DNA of 64,000 bases, taken from Octopus sinensis. Taxonomy: Eukaryota. Location of the stretch: assembly GCF_006345805.1 (NCBI RefSeq), contig NW_021824838.1, positions 1-64,000 of the forward strand, in the 5' to 3' direction. The notes under the pieces were generated by a model. That model saw only the letters and a program-made list of their open reading frames with translations, had not been told where the DNA came from and ran no database searches. Both the position numbers and the translations under genes were made by a program. Positions 25,789 to 40,160 of the stretch are shown here, piece by piece; position 1 is the stretch's first letter, and each line of letters begins with the position of its first letter.

Positions 25789-25941
25789 TCATCATTTCGT
25801 CTGTCTTTACGTTCTGAGCTCAAATTCAGCCGAGGTGACTCTGCTTTTTATTCTTTCGGGGTCGAAACAATGGGGTCGATCAAATCGACTGGATCTTCCT
25901 CCTCACCCAAATTTCAGGCCTTGTGCCTATAGTAGAAAGAC

Positions 25942-25975
<34 letters not shown>

Positions 25976-28900
25976 GATTTTAAAGGCGGCGAGCCGGCAG
26001 AATCGTTAGCGCGCTGGACGAAATGCTTCGCTACGTTCTGAGTTCAAATACTACAGAAGTCGACTTTGCCTTTCATCCCTTCGGTGGTCAATATATTAAG
26101 TACGAGTGAAACACTGGGGTCGATGTAATGGACTAGTCCCCATCCCACAGATTTGAGGTCTCGTGCCTCCGGTACAAAGGATTACGAAGGTGGTGAGCTG
26201 GCAGAAACGTTAGCATGCCGGTCAAAATGCTCAAAGTTATTCCGTCCGTCTTTACATTCTGAGTTCAAATTCCCCCGAGGTCGACTTTGCCTTTCATCCT
26301 TTCGGTGTCAGTGAAATAAGTATCAGTGATATACTAGGGCTGATGTAATCAACTTGATCCGTCCTCCGAAATAGCCTTGTAGCAAAATTAGAATCCATTA
26401 TTATTATCATAAAGGAATCGTTAAAACGCCGGACAAAATGCTTAGCGGCATTTCGTCCGTCCTTACGTTCTGATTTCAAATTCCACTGAGGTCGATTTTG
26501 CCTTTCATTCTTTCGGGGTCGATAAACTAAGTACCAATTGTGCGCTGGGGCCCGATGTAATCGACTTAATTACTCCTGATAATGAGTATAAAAACTGCAT
26601 CCTTCCGCTTACCTAAAATTGCTGGCCTTGTGCTAAAATTAGAAAGAATTATTAATTTGCATCTATAAAGGGGAGAGGAAGCCGAATCGTTTGATGGCTG
26701 GCAAAACGCTTGGCTGTATTTATTCTGGCTCTTGAGGTTCAGAGTTCAATTTCCACCGGGGTTAAGTTATCATTTCCTGGTCGATAAAATAAAGTACCCT
26801 TCAAGAACTAGAATCGATGGTATCACCCTACCTCCCCGCATCCTTTCAAAACTGCTGGTATTGATTAATTCGAGCCTAATTCTTTGGGTGGAATATTTCG
26901 TAAACCATCTTAAGAAGGGGTTTGGAAATTTGGAATTGACTTTTTTTTTTATGAGGCTAGCAAAAAGTTTGAACGACTAAAAATAGATTTAGCACAACTC
27001 GGGATCTCTGTTCAGAGACAAGACCCTGCCAGCGTTCGTTTTTTATCCTCCATCTCTCTAGGATCCATGAAAAGTTCCAGTCAACTACAGAACTTGTTAT
27101 AGTCGGTAACATCCGTCCTTCAAAATATGTGTGTAGCCAAACACTATGGTAGACGTCACTTGCCTGAGGTACCACACGGGTTTGTTTCACTGCGTGAGAC
27201 ATTAGCATTTAGTTTTCTTCAGGTTGACCAAAGCCTTGTGAGTGGATTTTAATATTCGGAAACTGAAAGAAGCTCGTTAAGGGTACGTGTGTCTGTGGAG
27301 TGCTCAGCCACTTGCACGTTAATTTCACGAGCAGGCTGTTCCGTTGATCGGATCAACTGGAACGCTCGTCGTCGCAACCGACGGAATGCCAGTACATTTT
27401 ACATTGTTATCAATCGAATTCTTTTTAACCAATAAAACCGTTTAATCTCTAAATTTGTCGTCTCTTTCAGTGGAACATGTTAACGAACAAACTGGATGTG
27501 ATTCTGAGGGGAATATATACCAGAATTATTACAGACTCCTGGAAGACATTGGATGATTTAACCAATGTTTATCAAGAAGAAAAACTTACGGAACCCGAGG
27601 TGTGTACTTCAATGGCGTATTTTTTCATCACTTTTTAAAATTTTTTATGTAAATATTGATATTCAATGCCCCTTTTTTTCTCTTTCGTTTTGTACCATAA
27701 TTTGTGAGTGATGTTTATAGGCGCTGGTATGGCTGCGAGTTTAAGGAGTTTGCCTCCCGGCCACAAGGTTTCGCGTTCAGTCCTACCGCGCGGCATCTTC
27801 GGCAATTGTCTTCCTCTTCAGATCCTCTCCAATTTTGAGTGGATTTGGTATACGCTTGTGTTTGAAACAATAACTTTGCCGCATCACTTATTTTCGGTTT
27901 CAATTTACCATCCCCAGTCGGCCTTATGCACCCTTGATATCTTTGATTTCAATATTTTACTTTCTTATTGTTATTTCTATATCTGAAGCAGTTCTGGTCT
28001 TGTTTTCTGTATCCCATAGTCTGTTAAATTCTGGAGGGAAGATACATGGTTTGGATATCAACGTCTAAATGGTTGCAATCCCACAGTAATTACCCTCTGT
28101 GAAGAAATACCATCCAAGTAAGTCGAGATTCTTTTCAGAACAATTAATGAAAACCAGACTCGTCTGTCGCTAAATTATCGTTTCAGGAAGTTAGAAAATT
28201 CGGTTAAGTTCGAATTCCACGTGGAGCCGATACCGCATCTTGTTTTGATGGGCTTTCGTCAAAGAGAAAGAGAGAAAAATAATAATTTACAAGTGGTTTT
28301 AGTAAATCTGTTCTTAGAGCTGCTATAAACATTTCGAGTAATTTCCTCTCTTCAAAGTCAAAACGTCACGATTTTTGTTTCAGCGCGGGTATCACAACTT
28401 TTCAGTGGACACCTTTTTAGCTTCGATTTTTTTTTGTGACGAGAGGTAATGGTCGAATAGTAATCTATGTTTTAAAAAATATTCTATGAAAGTTTCAATA
28501 AATGATGAAAACATTGGGTTGGTGCATAATTATTGCGGCATTTTTTTTTTTTCAACAAATTTTATCCAACAAAAACAATAGCAATATCTAGCAAAAACAT
28601 CGTTAAATGACGGTCTGACCGTCTGCCAAGCAAGTAGGAAGCAGTAATTGAAGTAGATGGTGAATATTCTCCGGAATAATCATTTAAAGATGTTTTTGTT
28701 ACATGTTATTGTTTTTGTTGAATAAAATTTATTGAAAAAAGTCGCAATAATTATGCACCAGCCCAATATATTAACGGAATTATTCTATGAAAAAATCGTT
28801 TCGATGTCATCCTACACCATACGAACTTATCCTTCTTAAGATAGTTTCTTTTAACCAAGTGAACCAGAATTATTAAAATGTTATTATCAGTTTGAATATG

Positions 28901-31886
28901 CTTGAGGCACGTTTGAACCAGTGAACAAGCTACTCACTACGTTTTGTCCCGGAAAACACATCCCGTTTGTTGACAAATGGTGTGTATATATTTAGATCAA
29001 CTCGCAGCGCCAGCGGACACCTTTTTAGCTTCGATTTTCTTATTGTGACGAGAGGTAATGGTCGGATAGTAATCTATGTTTTAAAAAATATTCTATGAAA
29101 GACAGTTTCAATAAATGATGAAAATATTGTGAGATGAAAGCATTTCGGAGTAGTTATCTTCTCTTCGGTCACGGACACCAGGTGGAGTTATTGAGTCACA
29201 ATAACCAAGATGATTATTTTTGAAGGATTAAGAGACCTCTTTTACTTGTTTCAGTCATTTGACTGAGGCCATGCTGGAGCACCGCCTTTGGTCGAGCAAA
29301 TCGACCCCAGGACTTATTCTTTGTAAGCCCAGTACTTATTCTATCGGTCTCTTTTGCCGAACCGCTAAGTGACGGGGACGTAAACACACCAGCATCGGTT
29401 GTCAAGCAATGCTAGGGGGACAAACACAGGCACACAAACATATTCACACACACTTATATATATATACATATATACGACAGGCTTCTTTCAGTTTCTGTCT
29501 ACCAAATCCACTCACAAGGCATTGGTCGGCCCGGGGCTATAGTAGAAGACACTTGCCCAAGATGCCACGCAGTGGGACTGAACCCGAACCATGCGGTTGG
29601 TTAGCAAGCTACTTACCACACAGCCACTCCTGCGCCTTATCTTCCTTGATACAAATAATTTTCTGCTATAAGAAGTTAGCTAAACTGAAGTCGGCGAATT
29701 TAAATCCTCTGTATTTTTCTGTATAAGAAAAATAAATAAAAAATGTTCTCGAAACACATGTTCTCCTGCATCTGTTGCCTTTTCATTTGTTTTCTTTTTG
29801 TTTTTATTTATTGTAGACTTGGTGTGGATGATGAGGTTCTGAAACCGGTCCTGAAAGGAGAAACGCTGGAAGATTTGATCAAGAAAAAACGACTATTTTA
29901 TACAGATTTGGATATTTTGGAAGGTATTACACATAGAGAAGATTTAGATGTAAGCTCATGTTCAATCAGTTTTACGTCAATTTATCTATGCTAACTTGGG
30001 TTAGAAGAATACATGTTACTGATACAATGTTTTACAGACAGTTGTCCAGTTGTTCGTATCGCTGGTTCTTATTTGCTTTCTAAGTCCGCAGAGCCAGCGG
30101 ACAATATATTGACATAGAAATAGTAACAAACGCCCTGAAATTGACCTTGGAATACCCAAGGTGTTTGGAGGAGATGAAATAAAATCGAAACACCGGTGTC
30201 TGACGATTCGCCGGCGACATTCTGAGCGAATCCTATGATTTTTAATACACAGTTTTCTTTGAGAAATTTGTCCGAGGTAAAACATTATACATAGCGCCGT
30301 TCCGGTTATGAATGTGTATTACATTACAAACACACATACACACAACGTTATATATACCTATTTCTTTACTACTCACAAGGGGCTAAACACAGAGAGAACA
30401 AACAAGGACAGACACACGGATTAAGTCTATTATATCGACCCCAGTGTGTAACTGGTACTTATTTAATCGACCCCGAAAGGATGAAAGGCAAAGTCGCCCT
30501 CGGCGGAATTTGAACTCAGAACGTAGCGACAGACGAAATGCGGCCACGCATTTCGCCCGGCGTGCTAACGGTTCTGCCAGCTCGCCGCCTTCTTCTATAT
30601 ACCGATATACGTGCATGAGAGTATGTGTGAATATATATTCTGATCCTTTATGAAGCAAAAATTTCAAGGTTCCCTTGTTAATTCCATTTTGATGTGAATC
30701 TATTCATGAACACCCAACTCATAGAAATTGTATTTTCTACCAAAATAAGAAGAGTTAAGGCTGGATCTCATCTTCTACTTTCGTTCCAATCTCCCAAATC
30801 TATTCATTGATTGAGATTTTGATTGTTATTCACTTGGCATAATTAATTACAGATGTGTGTTCCAATTGCGTTATTTATGCTGAATTCCAAAGACGATTTG
30901 GTGCCAATTGCCATACAGCTGCAGCAGCAAAAGGGACCAGATAATCCTGTAAGAATTTTCTAGAATATTTTCTTGTAACCAAATGTATATTTTATTTAAA
31001 TTTAGTGAATTATTCTACGCCATGATTTTTTTTTTCTGTAAAACTCTGAGTATTTCAGTTTGGTGTAATTTTTACTGACACCAGATGTTTATAATGATGA
31101 TTATTGGTTAATCAGTCTTCCAGTTATTTGATTGACGGAAACATCCGATTCACTGCATTGTGCTGTCAGTGGTTGTGTATTCCGCAGACATCTGTGTTTG
31201 CGTAAGAAAGACGCGTTATCAGGTATTCCTTCAGCCAGACGTGGAAGGGTCGGTTTAGTAGTCGTCACACGTGGAACGCCTCCACCGGTTTCTGCTCAGA
31301 CATATTTGCAGACGCTTGCAGACTCTTGTGGTGCGGATGGGACATTTCGTTAAAGTGCAAGAGTGTTATTCTACGTAGGGGTCTCTTCGTTGACAAAATA
31401 ATCGTTCCACCAAAATTTTCTCCCATTCCTTCTCTTTGTTTCCCTACCTCCCGCCTCTCCTCCCTCTGTTTTCTCTCTTACACACACACATACACGCACA
31501 CTCACTCACTCACACACACACACACACACACACAACACACACACACACTGTCTCTCTCTCTACACGTGTGTCTACTTGCCAATCAGACTTCGTCTCCATC
31601 CAGTATCTCTCCCTTCGTTTCCAATACACTAAACTCATTCTCGTTCTCCATGTTTGCTTGACACTGTCGCTCTGCCTGTCTGTCTACCTGCTTGCCTGCC
31701 TGCCTTTTTTCCGATGGCCGCATAACTGAAAAGATGGCGGCGTGGAATTCCACCTCGGCATCCAAAACTCGGAGTTTTATCTTGGCTACCGAATAATTGT
31801 CACATATATTCACTGATAAATTCCTCTATTTACATAATATCGAGGTCTCTTTCTTTCTTTTGTTGTCTTATCATTTCTATCAATAT

Positions 31887-31935
<49 letters not shown>

Positions 31936-34900
31936 AACGTGTGTATATATGTGAAATACTATTTCTTGTCTGTAACAATATATATTCGTCTAATTGGATT
32001 CATGTTATTTATTTTTTCTTTAGATATTTCTTCCTACGGACGATCATTACGTTTGGACTCTTGCTAAAATGTGGTATAATCTGGCTGATTCCAGTTTCCA
32101 CCAGTCTCTTGTGCACTTGGGTATTATTATTATTATTATTATTGATTATTATATTATTAATTATTATTATTGGCGAGTTGGCAGAAACGTTAGCACGCTG
32201 GGCGAAATGCGTAGCCGTATTTCGTCTGCCGCTACGTTCTGAGTTCAAATTCCTCCGAGGTCGACTTTGCCTTTCATCCTTTCGGGGTCGATAAATTAAG
32301 TACCAGTTACCCACTGGGGTCGATATAATCGACTTAATCCGTGTGTCTGTCCTTGTTTGTCCCCTCTGTGTTTAGCCCCTTGTGGGAAGTAAAGAAATAA
32401 GTATTTCGTCCGTGGAAAGTTTAATACTAGATGTTTCTGAAAGGGTCCTATGAATGCCTGAGGAGATTCTATCTTGACACCCGTTTCAGGAATAGGGTTG
32501 GATATGATGGATAGTTTGAACAAAGTTTATGGCCTTCTTCTCTTACAACTCGGCCTATTGTACTGATATCTGTTTCAAATTTTGGCACAAGGCCAGCAAT
32601 TTCGGGTAGGGGTAAGTCGATTACATCAATTCCTATGCTTGACCGGCACTGACTTATTTTATCGACCCCGAAAGGGATGAAAAGCAAAGTCGACCTCGGC
32701 GGAATTTGAACTCAGAAAGCTATTGCGCTAATATTACAAAATATTGTATTAACAGTAACTTATCACAGAAATATAGATAAATAATCAACATTAGCAGATT
32801 AAGAAGATTAAGAAGTTTTTTTCTATTTTGTAGGCTTGACTCATTTATTAATGGAAGGGGTTATTCTTGCCATGCACAGAAATATATCCGTGTCTCATCC
32901 TCTCTACAAGCTATTGGCACCTCACACACTATTCCTTTTGGCAATCAACAGGTAAGTTTCTTTCTCTTCTCAGCTCAGCGATCTAAATCTAAAGTTAAGA
33001 GACAGCTAACATTAGCAATTTAGTGAGACAAAACAATTTTTAATTAACCGAAATTATACTCGTAGTGATGCAGTACGACCGTTTTAAGCGGTTCCGTTTA
33101 ATTGAGCAATGCAATCATTACACCAATTTAAACGCAGTGCCATCTTCAGCTGCACAAATAAATAAATAGAATTTTAACCAGTTGGACACATTGATATAAT
33201 TTTCTCAAATACTTTAACAGAGCAAGAAGGTGGAAAAAATTCATTTTGTCGCTATTGTAGCTAAGACTAGACTACACTTCCAAGAATCGTATGAAGCCCA
33301 TTGGAGTCATAGCTTGTAAAGGATTGTGATCCATTTCTTTTAGAATAAAGGACAAGAGTGAGTTGACAGCTCATGGCTAGGAATGGTCATAAATATTGTT
33401 CTATGTATCCCTTTTCCTCAGGGAGGAAAGAAAACATTAGTAGTAGTCAAATGGATATAAATAACTGTCTATAAAAAGAGGCTGGGTAGGAGAAGACTTT
33501 AAATCATGATGTTAATTACCAGTTAAAGGGGCAAGACGCTAAGAAACCTAAGATGTTAATATAGAGAAAATTTTATCTATTCTTAGCTACAATAGCGACA
33601 ACATGAATTTCTTCCATCTTCTTGCTCTGTTAAAGTATTTGAGAAAAATTATATTAATGTGTCCGACTGGTTAAAATTCCATTTATTTATTTGTGCAGCT
33701 GAAGATAGCATTGTATTTAAATTGAAGTAATGATTGCATTGTTCTATTAAATGGAACCGTTTGAAACGGTCGTACTGCATCACTACTTGATGTCCTGTTG
33801 CTTATTTTGTTTTTACTCACCTTACTTCGAGGTGTGCGGATAATACCGGACTGACTTCGTGCTTCAACTTAAGTACCTAATTCAACTGAATCTTAATTAT
33901 TTCTCTATATATATATCATTATCATCATCATCATCATCATCATCATCATCGTTTAACGTCTGTTTTCCGTGCTGGTATGGGTTGGGCAGTTTGACAGGAG
34001 TTGTCAAGACTCCAATTGTCTGTTGTGGCATGGTTTCTGCGTTTGGGTGCCTTCCCAGCGCCAACAACTTTACAAAGTGTGCTGAATGCCTTTTACGTGT
34101 GTGTGTGTGTGTGTGAGTAAGTGTGTGTGTGTGTGTATTATTTGATGTGCAATTAAGCGTAATAAATATTGGATGCGACATTTTAAAAGCGATGAACAAT
34201 TGAACGTTTGTAATTTTAGTCGAGGATTCAAAAAGCTGGTGTCACCTGGCGGCTGGGTTGACAAGACGATGACCATTGGAATAGACGGAATGTTTCAACT
34301 GATATATAAAGGGTAAGTTCATTTCTACATTATGTGTGTGGTGGGGAGTTGAAGTTTCACAAAACGTCACAAGAATTTCACATTGCTAATCTTTTTACAA
34401 TTTTTGCAAACTGCAACAGGCAATAAATTTATGCTCAAAATTGAGAAAGCAAAGTTCAAATCGGTTAATAATTATAACTGAGAAACTTCGTAATGTTGAT
34501 ATCCATTTCAGAAATATCGTTTTAATTTGATGAGTCTTGTCTACGAAACTACTGTTTTCTAATGCATTATAATAATACACAACGTTATAAAAGGAAGTCT
34601 TACCACTGACATTGGGTAAGTTTCTGTGAATGTTACTCAGAATCTGGAGAATTACTGAGCTTGTATCGTAGGAAAGCTGCCAATCGACGTTTTTGTCGTA
34701 ACAAAGCTGATATTTGTACGGAATTACGACGCTAATATTGTAACGAAGTTGTTATTTTTGAGAAGCACCAGGATAGTATAGTAACGAAGTAGTTATCTTT
34801 TAGGGAGTACTAGCAGTATCGCCCGGCGTTGCTCGGGTTTGTTTCGACCCTTTAGAATTGGAAGTTTTAAAAAGTAAAAATTTTGCATTATGTAGCTTGT

Positions 34901-35186
34901 TATTCTCTTTAAGTGAACATTTTTCTGGTTGAAATACACTGAAAAATGGCGACACAGCAGTAAAAAAAATCGTAAAACATAGGGATTTTCATAGAAAAAA
35001 AGCACCTTTTTGATGTAAATAATTTTTGGTGTTAACATGGTCCGATTTGAATGTTTTTCTTCTACGGAATGAAGAGCAAGCCTTCTTCTATCATACTCTC
35101 AATTTTGGTCAACTTGCACCGCAGGGTCTCGGAGGAGATAGTGTTAGTTGAAGGCTACCAAACCTGCCATACACAGACAACCTCAG

Positions 35187-35228
<42 letters not shown>

Positions 35229-38200
35229 CGCTTGTGTTGCAAGGAAGCAGTAATTTTTTTAGCAGTATTACGTCAGGATCATAATAAAGCTATCATTTCT
35301 AAATAGGACCACAGTTTCGTAATGAAGCTGTCAATTTTGAAAAGCATTACGCTATTATTGTAACGACGAAGTTTCATTTTTGAGGAGTACTACGCTTGAA
35401 TTGCAACGAAGTTTCCGATTTCGAAGAGTACCACTTTAGTACCGTTATGAATTCTGAGGAGTAGCACATTAGTATCGTTATGAAGATGAAACGAACGTCT
35501 TCATTTGGAGTCATTTTTAAAAAAAATAACCCCCCCCCATTGTTTTGTCCATTACAAATTAAAGTAATCAATCGATATTGTCACGAAACCTTATATCTTG
35601 GCATTTATCTGTTTTATTTAAGAATCAGAAATACTAAATCAACTTAAGCAGATAAGGCCGAAAATGTCGCTAGAAGCTGGGATCACCAAGCTTAGATTAG
35701 CATATTTCGGTCATATTATGCGGAGAGAATCCCTGGAGAAGGACATCATGCTCAGAATGGTCAGTGGCAAGAGAGGAAGAGGCCGACCAAGAACCCGCTG
35801 GCTTGACATCATCAGGGGTGATACCGGAATGGACATGGCCAGTCTGAAGGAAGCGGCCCAGGATAGAACTGACTGGAGGACACTGATCCAACGAGTGACC
35901 GAGAGTCGACTTCGACTGAGCGGTTAGAGAGAGAGAAATCAACTTTACTTTTTGTTACATAGAAAAATAAGAAAATTCTAGAAACTTTTGATGTGAAAAC
36001 GCGATACAAAAATCGTTGAAAGAACAGGATACACGAACGAATGAACTTGTCATAAAGGAGAAGTCGTTCTTCAATGACGAAACATAAAAGCGATTAGCAT
36101 ATTCACGCTCGAATCAGCCGGAATGTATTAAGAATGAATACGCGAATCATAATTTTCACCTTCGCTGCTCACCGTAAATTATGATTTATCATTGGTTAGG
36201 AGATATCAGTGCGTATCAGCAGAGAAATTATTTATTAAATTTATGAACGAGAGCCACAAACTCTTGTTAGGTTCATTAGTGAAGGTAGCTGTGACTGAGG
36301 AAACACAAGTATACCGAAACACCGGGTGTCCCAACGTCTCCTTTTGCTAATGAATTGAGTGTATTCTGAACCCACATTCGTTTGAAAGGAGATGTTGTTC
36401 TCTTGTGGCGAAACATAACAGCGATTAGCATATTCGCGTTCGAATCTGCCGGAACGTGTTTAAAATAAATATGCAATGAATATACAAGTCGCCATTTTGA
36501 TTCTCGTTCTTCACCGCGTACAAAAGGATTTCTTTTTAAAGGAATAAATTGCAAGGGGAGAGTTTTTAATGTGTCGGGCAGACCTTTTCGTCGTCGTCGT
36601 CGTCGGAGAGAGAGAGAGAGGAAGAGGGAGAGACAGACAGAGAAAGAGAGACAGAGAAATAGGGAGAGAGAGAAAGAGAAACAGGGAGAGAGAAAGAGAG
36701 AGAAAGAAAGAGGGAGAGTGAGAGAAAGAAAGAGAGAGAGAGAAAGAGGGAGAGAGAGAGATATGAAACATCAACTGATATTGATGGATAAATAAACTGA
36801 GGTTAGTGAAAATAAACAAGGGCAGGAATAAGGGTGATGCAAGGAAAATGTTGGAGGAGAAAGAAAGCGATCAGAACGAGGCTGTTCAGAGTGACAAGAA
36901 CACAACAAAATTTAAGTTGAAATTCTTCATGCGGTCACTCGATCTCCTAGAAATAGCAGTCAAATCTCACTTAAATCACTCTACCCAGCAGAAGTCCATC
37001 AGCGACACCACAATGCAATTTCTACGTCACAGATTTTACTTAGTTAGTGGACCACAGATCCCACTTGGTTAGTGGGCCGCAGTCAGTAGTAAAAGACGCT
37101 TACCCAAGCTGTCGCACAGAACGATCGAACCTGAAGCTTCAAGCGAACTTTTTAATTACATCAGTAAACATCTGCTTAGATCTATAGATACAAACATAAA
37201 TGTCTATTGGTTTTCGATTGTTTCACTGTTACACATTTATATATGATAGATCGTTAGCTACTACACACATTTTTTTCTCTCCTTGTTTTTTCTGTATCCC
37301 TTTCTGTAGAAGAGCATAGGCTCGAAACGCAAAAGACTTTTTCTATTCCCGAGCGTTATACTAATACATGTTTGTTTTGTACACCAACTGTCTTTGTCTT
37401 TTGTTTTTTTCGTAAACTCTCCATATATATATATGTATATATATTTTAGTGTACAACTTTGGGATTTTTCAATCGATGGAAATCTTCCAAAAGAATTTGC
37501 CAGAAGAAAGGTAAGTAATTCTCTTAATATATAGCTAACCCTTTTAATATATTGGGGGAACGGGATACCATTTAAATATTTTCTCTTCAATTGGTTCTTA
37601 TTAAACCATTCCAAGGAAACCTATTCAACTCTAGGGTCGAGAAGTTGAAAAACTTTGTCAGGACTGCAAACTTATGAGACACTCGTCAGGTATATGGTGC
37701 TCCTGCTTACACCTGTAGAAATACATTTATCCTCGTTTATCGCTGATTCATTTATCACTGATCAAGGATAACATAGAAAGCTTAATTGTTAACTGTGTGT
37801 TACGCTTATCAAGGGTCGGCAATCATTCAAAGATTCTGCTTGGACCCCAAAAGCGTGCCCCCACGATCATCCACTATACAGTTTGGGGTCCGGGAACGAA
37901 ACATGTCTTCCCGACATACTCTTCTTTTCATTTCTCAGATTCATTTAATACGGTGGTATTTTTTGGATCCAGACACCCGTGATAAACGAGTATCAATGTA
38001 TTCTTGAAATTAAGTTGTTGAAGTGACAAGATATGACATCAGAATTTTAGGTAAATAGATCGATAATGAGTTATCGATTTTTCCGGTCGGGATTTTTTCA
38101 GTCTGGAAAAATAAATTATTTTTGGTATTAAGGTATTATCTTTATAAAACCAGAATTATTTGAGATGTAATTGTATTGACAGTTAGCGTCAACCCATTGT

Positions 38201-38656
38201 GTGTGTGTGTGTGTGTGTTTGTCTCTGTGTGTACGTGTGTGTTTGTCTGCGTGTATATGTGTGTATGTCTGTCTGTATGTGTGTGTGTATGTCTGTCTCT
38301 GTGTGTACGTGTTTGCCTGACTCTGAGTGTATATGTGTATATGTCTGTCTGTATGTATGTATGTATGTGTGTCTGTCTCTATATGTGTGTATCTATCTGT
38401 GTGTATATGAGTGTGTGTATATATGTGCGTGAAGTGTGTCTATGTGCGTCTGTGTGTATGTATCTGTATCTGTCTCTGCATGTGTGTGTCTGTCTTGTAC
38501 GTGTGTGTGTGTGTGTCTGCGTGTGTGTATGTATGAATATATGTTTGTGTGTATGCATGTGTGTCTGTCTTTGTACATGTATGAGAATGTGTATCTATGT
38601 CTGTCTGTCTCTGTCTCTCTGTCTTTATGTATGTGTGTATCTGTCTATGTATGTAC

Positions 38657-38692
<36 letters not shown>

Positions 38693-40024
38693 CTGTATGA
38701 ATATATGTTTGTGCGTATGCATGTGTGTCTGTCTCTGTGCGTGTATGAGAATGTGTATCTATGTCTGTCTGTCTCTGTCTCTCTGTCTTTATGTATGTGT
38801 GTATCTGTCTATGTATGTACGTGTGTGCATATGTGTGTGCGCACACGTGTGTGTGTGTGTGTGTGTCTATGTCTGTCTATCTGTAAAAGCCAGTTCATTT
38901 GGTAGCCACATGCTGTCAGCATTGATGGATTATATTTATGAATGTATTGTAGAAACAAACAAATAAATCAAATTATTAGCAACCAGAGAATTATTGAATG
39001 CAATTAATTGGAATACAAAGTCTCAGTGTTGTTTTCAAAAGTCCAATTTTCTCACAAAGCTTGTATCACCTTGAGTTTATGGTTTATGTGTGTGTATAAT
39101 GCATTTATAAATTAGTGACATGATGCGTAACCTTAATAGAAAAGCTAAATTTTTATCCAACACTACGTGTTTAATTAAACTGGATTTCTTCAGAAACTAA
39201 CTCATCAGCGTATCTTTCTGACACTGCCAAACTGAACAACGTCATCACAAAGTGTCGAAATTGTAATGACACTTGGTGGAAAAATGATGAGAATTTGAGC
39301 GTGACTACTACGTCCGTTGTGCTTTTTCTTTGTTTTTCCTGTAAATCCCATTGTAAACCCGTCTAACACTTTTCTCTAAGCTGTGGTAGGCGTTTCTGAA
39401 AGCATTGTATTTATATGGACTAAAATTAAGGGCCTCACTAAATCTTTGAATCTGATTTGCATAATTAAGGCTTTAGTGGCTGCTGCTAGCTTAGTTAATT
39501 AATTATTGCTGAGATACGTGTGAGTTTTTGATGGGTTAATGAACATTAAAGTAGAATCAAGCTGTATTTAAGTGAATGTATCAATGTATCAATGTTGTAA
39601 GGTAGACATAGCATCAATTCAGACTGGCTTAACGCACCAATAATTTAGTAAAGGGACTTGTTGCTAACAATGTCACCACCACCACCACCACCACCACCAG
39701 TACCACCACCACCACCACCACCACCACCAAATCCACCACCATCATCATCATCATCATCATCATCATTCTGTTGCCGACAATTGCCAGTTTCTAAGCAAGT
39801 TAATATTTTCTCAGGGCTATACATGTCGATTTCTTTTTACCGCGGATTTGAAACAAACAATATATGTACATATATATATATATATATGTACATATATATA
39901 TATATTGGCCTGCTCGCTTAGCCAGCGGGGTGGCATCATCTGAAGGCTAAAAAACAATGCGAAGCGCATTGTGACCAGCGATGTGTAGCAACATCTGATA
40001 GCCTGGTCGGTCACGGTGATCACG

Positions 40025-40060
<36 letters not shown>

Positions 40061-40120
40061 TTGGTATATATATATATATATTGGTTGGTATATATATATA
40101 TATATATATATATTAGTTGG

Positions 40121-40160
<40 letters not shown>

